NCBI RefSeq assembly: GCF_009914755.1
Contig: NC_060939.1
Source: the human T2T-CHM13v2.0 reference genome, Homo sapiens
Direction: 5' to 3' (one strand)
Length of the DNA stretch: 64,000 nt
The position numbers and the translations under genes are program-made. This document shows positions 53,984 to 64,000 of this stretch, piece by piece (position 1 is the stretch's first letter; each line of letters opens with the position of its first letter). The notes beneath the pieces were generated by a model. It had not been told where the DNA came from. It did no database searches and was given only the letters and a program-made list of their open reading frames with translations.

Positions 53984-54499
53984 CTGGTTAACCACATTTC
54001 CCTGGCTTCCCTTTTGCTTGGAGTGGACTTACAACTGAAGAAGCTAGACGACCTCCTTGTGAATTGTTTTGCCCCCTCAACAGACATTTTAGTCTTTCTG
54101 CTGAGGAAGCTACATTAAGAGCTGTAGGGCCATTCTCTGTAGTTTGCAAAGCTAAAGAAGATGGTATGTAAGGGTCTGGGTGTGAGACAGACAGAAGAAC
54201 GTGCATTCCAGGCTGAGGAGGCCGGTGCTGTCACTGCTTTGGGTGAGGAGAGGGTGATTCAGACCAGCCTGTGCCGTAGCCTCAAATGCCCAGTGATGCC
54301 CTGTTCTTCACTTACATCATCACCTTGCAAAGTGGCATGTTGTTGACCCCCCATTTTACAGATGAGGAAACTGAGGCCACAAGAGTAGATGGTAACTTTC
54401 CCAGTCTGTGCGCAGAGAGTGTCTGAACCCAGCCTTGACCTACTGCAGTGCTCTCTGCTCTGGGCTTGCTCTTTCTCTGTCTCTTCATTTTTAAATTTT

Positions 54500-54777
54500 C
54501 ATTTATTTATTTTGAGACAGGGCCTGGCTCTCTTGCCACCCAGGTTGGAGTTCAGTGGCATCATCACAGTTCACTGCAGCCTTGGCCTCCCAGGCTCAGG
54601 AGATCCTCCCACATCAGCCTTTTGAGTAGCTGGGACCACAGGCTCGTACCATCACGCCCAGCTAGTTTTTTTGTATTTTTAGTAGAGATGGGGTCTCAAA
54701 CTCCTGGGCTCAAGTGATCCTCCTGCCTCAGCCTCCCAGAGTGCTAGGATTAGAGATGTGAGCCTCTGTGCCCTGCC
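54500..54777 (-). mobile_element. Old Alu (AluJ-like)
   Basis: Diverged Alu consensus. Confidence 0.85.
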
Positions 54778-55934
54778 CTCTCTTTTTAAAAATGCATCTT
54801 TCCAACCTGTGAGTAGAGCCAGATCTGAGCTCTCTCGTGGCCTCCCTCCGACTGGTGTTTCATCCCCTGATGTTCTAGCCCAGACTCTGTGTCTCAGGCA
54901 CCTGGGGAAGCAGATTCCTGGACTTCTTTCCTGGGATATGACCTACTGGGTCTGGGTAGGGCTCAGAAATCTGCATTTAAAGAGCCTCCCCCACAGTCTC
55001 TCTCCTCTCCTGTGGCCAGTGTGGCATGTGGACATGGAATCTCCATGGAACCAGGGTGAGCTCCAGCAGGCACCTTTTTTCAGATAAAGCAGATCTTCCT
55101 TAGGTTGTGACTCCATCTCTGTCTGGATGCCCCTCTCTGGGTGTGACCAGTCTCTCTGTGCTTTGAGGCATATGTCTCAGAAAAGACCCTGCTCGGTTAC
55201 TATTTGGAACAGAAGTCGCTGGCCTTGGGATAAAGGTGTCCTTCTAGGCAGATGTCCTGCCCTTCATGTGTACCTGGAATGCTTCACCCCTCTGCCCATC
55301 CCAGCCACTTGGAGGATGTCAGAATTGAAAGCTCTGCATGCTAGACCTCAGGCCCCAGAGCTGCCTCCTGGGCTAGGTCCCTGGTGACCCTCCTTTGTGG
55401 ATCGTTCCAGCAGGCCAGGGCCCCTGGGTGCTGAGATGTGGAGGGCACTGACCTGGTTAATTGGAGACCAATGTTTGGTTCTAGCCCTACTACAGATTCA
55501 CTGTGTGACCTAAGCAAATGGTTCCCCCCCGCCTCCCCCCCACCAGCCTCAGTTTCCTCATCTGTAAAATGGAGCAAGTATCCCTGCTTTCCAGGGTAGT
55601 TAGATACGGTCATGCAGTTTAAATATAATTATAGGTAAAATACCTGGCCCTGAGCATGGCACCAGAATAGAGACTCCCCCCATGCATGGGCTTTTCTGAT
55701 GCTCCGTTGTGTGCTTTTTATCCTTTGCTACCTGCACACACTTTTCATGGTGAGTTTGTCTGACCCTCTGGCTCCAGCTGGCTGGAGGGCTTCTCCGTGG
55801 TTCCAGTCCTCTGCACCTCTACAGAAATGAGGCTGAGGACTGCAGCTGCTGGCACAGTCTTGGCTGGACAGGGCTGGTAGGCAGAACTCGAAAGCTTCCT
55901 ATTCACTCAAGCACAATCTAGCGACTGCCATGGA

Positions 55935-56450
55935 GGACTTTGCGGATGGAATCAACGTTTGAATCAGCTGACTTTAAATAGGATTATCCTGGGTTATCCG
56001 AGGGGCCCTGTGGAATCATGTGGGCCTTTAGAAGCAGAAGAGCATAGGAGAAGAGTCGGAGAGAGGGGGCAGAAGGAGAGGTCGGAGAAGTCAGAGGGGG
56101 GATGAGGCAGGTGGGGTCAGAGAGCGCTGAATCATGAGAAGGACTCTATCTGCCACTGCTGGCTTTGAAGAGGGCCAAAGCCAAGGTACACAGGCAACCT
56201 ATAGAAGCTGGAAATAACCGTAGTGACAGCCAGCAAGGAAACCAGGACCTCAGCCCTTCACCAGCATGGAACTGCATTCTGCCAGCCCTCTGAATGAGCT
56301 TGGAAGCAGATTCTCCCCCAGACCCTCCAGGGAACCAACCAAGTCCACATGGACTTCTGACTTACAGAACTTCCGTAGAGTACATTTGTGCTATTATAAG
56401 CCTCTAAGTTTGTGGTAATTAGAACACAACAATAGGAAGAAACCAATACA
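55935..56450 (+). mobile_element. MaLR LTR (MLT1D/E-like)
   Basis: ..tgctggctttgaag..acagccagcaaggaaa..aagcctctaagtttgtggtaatt..aataca. Confidence 0.75.
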
Positions 56451-56649
56451 CCAGATGAAACACCCAAACTGGCAGGTGCCTCATTGGTCTGAAGGTCTGG
56501 TGCATATGGGGGCTGGGAGGCCAAGGGCAAAGAACAGGCCTATCCATGGTCAGAGTCATGACCTCTTGTGGGGATGTGTTGGACCCTGCTCCAAGTGCCT
56601 CACACAAATAAACTTTGTGACTCTTCACCTTTTATTTTAATTTAGTTAG

Positions 56650-56933
56650 TTTTTTTGGAGACAGAGTCTCGCTCTGTCGCCCAGGCTGGAGTGCAATGGC
56701 ACGATCTCGGCTCACTGCAACCTCCGCCTCTCCAGTTCAAGCAATTCTCCTGCTTCAGCCTCCTAAGTGGCTGGGATTACAGGTGCCCACCACCACGCCC
56801 AGCTAATTTTTTGTATCTTAGTGGAGACAGGGTTTCTCCATGGTGCCCAGGCGGGTCTCAAACTCCTGAGCTCTGGCAACCCACCTGCCTCGGCCTCCCA
56901 AAGTGCTAGGATTATAGGCCTGAGCCACCGTAT
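56650..56933 (-). mobile_element. Alu
   Basis: Alu consensus. Confidence 0.9.
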
Positions 56934-58221
56934 CAGCAGAATCTTCACTTCTTAATCCCCATTGTACGGATGGGGTAATTGAGGCACTTACGTACATTGT
57001 CTAACGCCACACAAGTAAGTAAGAGTGGGATTTGAACCCCTGGCTACCTGAGTCCAGAGTTCTCCACTAAAGCATTTGCCCCATGGGAACAAGTGATGAC
57101 GATGAGTCCTGAGGCTTGCCTACCTACCTGAACTTCCAGGTCTAGAGTTCCCAGAAACATCAATAGGAGTCCACTAACCACAGGTCCTGGAATCTGCAGT
57201 CACTGCCTGCATGCAGAATGCCTCCTGCATGAATGTTCTAGTCATTGTTACCTGCCCCACATCCATTTATTCTTTTCCTTAAGCTGAATCTGGAGATAAC
57301 AAAAAGGATAACACAACTTTATCACCCCCCTCCCCCACCCCCCACAACTGTTAACTACAGGTTTGACTGGTTTTCCAGATCACCTGTTAGAGCCAACATT
57401 GTAGCAGACAAGCTGGGCCTTTCGCCACATTCATTTTCTTACCATGGTAATATAATAGCCACCATTCACATGGGTTTTGTTATTTACTGCTCATAACAAC
57501 CCTGTGAAGGCCCTTATGAGCATACACATACTCAATTTTCAGATGAAGAGATTGAGACTTGGAGAAGTTAAGTAGGCCTGCTGGTAAGAGGTGGGACTCC
57601 TTCCACATCCACAGGCTGATTTTATATGGTAGGTCGGTAGGGGATTGGCTCAGTGGTTGGGTGCCTGGCTATGTGTTTGGATGCATGTGTGGATGAATGA
57701 ATAGAAGAAGGGATGGCTGGATAGACGGCTCTGTCCATGGCAAGATGGACCAACAGCTGTATTGTTGGATGGATGGGTGGAAGGAGGGATGAATGGATGC
57801 AGGGATGAGTGACCAAAGTTTGTAGAGTGGAAAAGGTAACGAATACAGTAGGGGTGTAAGTCCGCATCAAGGAGGTTCAGCCACCAAAGGAGCTTCAGTT
57901 GCCTTGTAATGTGAATTTGAACTCTTGTTAGTTCTGTTGGCCAGGAGACATCCTGCCTAGCCACCTTGATTACTTCCCTTGGCTGTGGGTCAGAGAATTC
58001 CAGCCTGAAAAATGTCCATTGACTGAATGAGAAGGCACTGTTTGTCCCCTGGAAAGCCAGAGAACATGGAGAACACCACCCCTTTGGCCAAACCCTGGAG
58101 ATGCTGCACCCACAGCCAAGAAAAGTGTGGAGACCTGCAGAAAAGTCCAGAAGCTGGTGTTTCATCACAGCCAGGATCAGGGTGAAGCAGCGAGGTTATG
58201 CTGTGCAAGTCCAAAGGTCGA

Positions 58222-58518
58222 TTATTTATTTATTTATTTTCGAGACGGAGTTTCACTCTTGTTGCCCAGGCTGTAGTACAATGGTGCTATCTCGGCTCAT
58301 TGCAACCTCCGCCTCCCAGGTTCAAGCAATTCTCTCGTCTCAGCCTCCTGAGTAGCTGGGATTACAGGCACCCGCCACCACGCCTGGCTAATTTTTGTAT
58401 TTTTAGTAGAGACGGGGTTTCACCATGTTGGCCAGGCTGTTCTCAAACTCCTGACCTCAGGTGATCCGCCCGCCTCGGCCTCCCAAAGTGCTGGGATTGC
58501 AGGCGTGAGCGACTGCCT
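58222..58518 (-). mobile_element. Alu
   Basis: Alu consensus. Confidence 0.92.
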
Positions 58519-60339
58519 GATCCCATATTTATTTTTACAACGTGACATTTTGCTCACCATGTGTTTTTTGCATTAACTTTTCATTTTAAAACATTGCATT
58601 CAAGTATTATTTATCTTGATTACTGCATTTTTGGACACTCCCTGACATTTTGCACCTCAGTAGTATGCCTCACTGCTCTCGCCCTAGTCCTGGCCCTGTA
58701 ACAGAGTACTCATTTCTGGACTTTTCTGCAAGCTGCAAACTCCCGTGCAGTGTGAGCTTATCCCAGCTTAGTTGGCATAATTCCTACCTCTAGGGGAAGT
58801 TGGAGTTCAGAGGCAGGAGTTCTGAATCCCACAGTTACAGCCTCGTTGTTTCTTCTCCAGGGCCTCCTTCAGTCTCTCTTTGTTCACAGATTTTCACAGC
58901 CTATACTCCTTTGCTTTGCACTTAGGACCCTCTGTGATTTTTCCTTATCCTGCTTGTAATGCCCACCACCACTGCACTCAGCATCAGTTCACAGGTCTAC
59001 TTCCTGTCCTGGACACAGCCCCATCCCAATTCTTCTGCCCACCTCTCCTCTTTCTTAGCCACACCGTCCCCAACCCATTCCAAATTTCACCCCAGTTGAA
59101 TTTTTCCTCTACGGAAACTTCCTCTTCCTGAACTCCTGAATTAATAATCTGCACCACACACTCACGTTTAATCCTTTATGACTTTTCAGGGTTTCCTGCA
59201 GCTGACTGATCTTTAGCCAGTTTGTACCAGTTTGGCCGTGAGTCTGAGTGGTTCAGTGCCCACGCCACACTGGTGGTTAAATATTTTGAAAATCACTTCC
59301 CTGGTTTCCTGTGTCTTCAGTGAAATGGAACACACTCGTGTGTTAGTGCTCAAACACAGAGCCTGGCTCTCTGCAGGCACAACACAAACGGTAGCAGTAG
59401 CAGTAGCAGTGGTTGTTACTGTTTATTCTGAGTCAGATGGTAAAAGGCTTGTGGCATTGAAGGTGATGTTTGAAGGGCTTCGGGTCCTGGAATAAAGACA
59501 TTTGGAGGTGCTGTACTCACCTCCTGATTAGGCTTGTGGGTGCCTTGAGAAGTCTCTCGAGAGAAGCAAAAATGGGTGGATGGTGTTTGCAGGTGGGTGC
59601 AAGGTTTAGAGGGAACAAAGAAATAGAAAGGCACAGTTGGGGCCATGGAGAGACCCAGAAGAGGCAGTGACCAGAGAGGATTGCAAGTTTGCTTGGACCT
59701 GCCCGACGTGAGCAGAACATTCCTAACTCCCCTTCCTGGCGATGAGAAGGGCCTTGACTATTTCTGGGTCATGAGTCACTTGGTCTGATTTGGGTAATAA
59801 TTGCATAGTAAACAAGCAAACAAGGGCTGATAAGGGCTTGACTGAATGAAAATGGAATCAGGCCAGGTAGGAACTGAGCCTGCAAGATTTCAGCACCAAA
59901 GCCCTATTGTGGTGCCTCTGCACACTTCCGGGACCAGCCACCCACCCAGCCCCATACCCAGGCCCACCCACCCGCCACCTGCCTCTACCTCCCTGCCGCC
60001 CCCAGGGTCCCTCTCTCCCTGGACTCCTCACCCCATTGCAGCTCAACCCATCACTTACAGTCTACCTTATCTGGGTCACCCCAGCCCCTCTTCTCTCCAG
60101 AAACCCTGGGCTTCTTCTATTCCTTCAAGAACAAGTTTAAGACCCTTCCTCTGAGAAGCTCTGCCTTGCCAATCCCTTTTTCTTTCTTTTTTTTTAACTT
60201 TTAAAAAATTAAAGTGAAATTCATATATCATATACTCAGCCATTTTAAGGTATGCAATTCAGTTATCCCATTAATCTACATAATCTCCTGATCACATCTG
60301 AAGTGCTTTGTGAATGAGCAGTTACAGCCAGTTTTCCTC

Positions 60340-62085
<1,746 letters not shown>

Positions 62086-63749
62086 GTGGAGCCCCACTTT
62101 GAATCAGACCTGATTCCTGAGCATCTCCCATGGGTCAGACATGGATCAGTTTGCTGCATGAGACAATAGCCAAGTCAGACTTCCCTGGCCCATGTAGAAT
62201 CTCGTGTGAGGGAAGTGACATGGGTCTGTGCCATCAGATAGAGCCTATTGACCTGAGATGGGTACAGATGAAGCCCTTGGCTGGGAGAAAATCAGGAAAG
62301 GCTTCCTGGAGGGAAGGACATTTGAAGAAGGATGGGATTTGGAAAGGCAGAAAAGACAGAGCAAAAATGGTGCTCAGGGTGGAGGGAAGAGCTTTGACGA
62401 AGGCAGGGAAGTGGGAAGGGAAGGTGAACCTGACAGGAGACCCTTGCTCTGACATTTATTATTAACTTTGGTTCTGGCCTGCACAACTGAGTTGGGGGTT
62501 GAAGGAACTGAGATATGATGGAGAAAATGAGGTCAGTTTGGTCCAGGTGAATTGGAGGTGGAAATAGGGCCCCCAAATCGAGACGGCGTCTAGGTGGTTG
62601 GCTATAAGGATCTGGAGTCTGGAGTGATGTGTGGGCTGGGAGCTAGACACATGTTATTTGACTTGTGGTTTTCCACTCTTCAGCTGGGTCATGGGCTCGG
62701 GGAGGTCAGGAGCTGGTTAGATGCTTGTTACCTAGGTATGCACACACAGGCGCTTCATGAATACTTGAAGGCTGGGTGGTTTTGGGTGGCACCTTCATAC
62801 TTCCCTGACAATAACAACCTGCCTCTTCAGCTTGTTATTGGCCTGGCAGCCAGGGAAGCCTCCACAGGGCCACTCTTGGGAAAGAGACTGTAATCACTAA
62901 ACACCAGGCAAGAGCATGAAGCCTGCTGAGGGGCAGTCATACATCAACAGGTGACACCATCTGCCATTGTGAAACCCACTTACACCAAAGAATGCTAATA
63001 GGCCAGGTACAAACTTTCTTTTGTGCTGACTTTAAAAAACTCCTTCACAGAGTTGGGAGGGGAGACCCTAAAAATCCAACCAACCACGTACATCCGCCAG
63101 TAAACAGAGAAGCTAACCAAATCCGCTGCCTCTCTCCCCAGGAACTAGCCTAGAGCCTGGAGTGCTATTTCCTTTCGTGACACTAGAAGTATTTTATGAT
63201 TCATTGACCAAGGGCCAAGAAGCCCAGTGTCTGCCATTTTGAAGCGTGAGGCAAAAGAAGAACACCAGAAATATTGATCCCGTCTTTGATGATTTTGGTA
63301 TTTTGGTCATTGTGGATTTTATTGTAAATTTTGACTTTTTAAAATATTGCCGTAAAATGTTATTCATTTCAATAATAATACTGTTTTTTTTTTTTTGGCG
63401 ACCCCTTAAATGTTATGCCTGGGTGGGTGCTTCTCTTGCCTCATCCTAGTGTAGGTCCTGAGAAAGCCCCTGAGAATTGCCCAGTGCCTCCCGCCGGCTC
63501 AGAACACTGACCATCTGCAGCAGGTTGTTACCAAACAGAACTTGGGTCTGCCCGCCTGGTACAGCAAAGCCAAGCACTGGCACTGGGATTGCAGTAAGAG
63601 AAAGGGAGGCAATGATTGCAGGGCACCCAGCAAGGGGAACTGGGCAGCTCATACTTAAGACTGAATTCCCTCATGGCTTACAGCAAGGGCTTTTAAAGAT
63701 GGAGAGGCAGAGGTTACAGGCAATGTCATAAATCAATACATGGAGGCAG

Positions 63750-64000
<251 letters not shown>

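Overview
This is human (or closely related primate) genomic DNA, recognisable as chr15q25.1, holding two convergent protein-coding genes. On the + strand are the last three coding exons and 3' UTR of MORF4L1 (MRG15), about 1729-5800. On the - strand is the complete 12-exon CTSH (cathepsin H) gene: ATG at 52651, stop at 29794, polyA signal at 29456-29461. The exon lengths I derived sum to 1008 nt (335 aa + stop), and all introns are GT-AG. The rest is repeat-dense: about 50 Alus, L1/L2/MIR fragments, a solo LTR13A-type HERV-K LTR with a 6-bp TSD, an ERV-L integrase/dUTPase remnant with PPT and LTR, MaLR LTRs, DNA-transposon MITEs and a U6 retropseudogene. Nearly all long ORFs in the supplied track are Alu, antisense or low-complexity artefacts. 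I found no convincing new gene or biological system. The most notable candidates are: (1) a ~29-copy, ~32-bp C-rich minisatellite just upstream of the CTSH promoter; (2) LTR-borne, divergently oriented CTCF-like motifs between the two genes; (3) an inverted-Alu-flanked, in-frame-skippable exon 2-3 block; (4) a kB/IRF motif cluster around exon 2; (5) a CTSH polyA signal that appears to come from an L2 end. Repeat boundaries and subfamily names were assigned by eye and are approximate.
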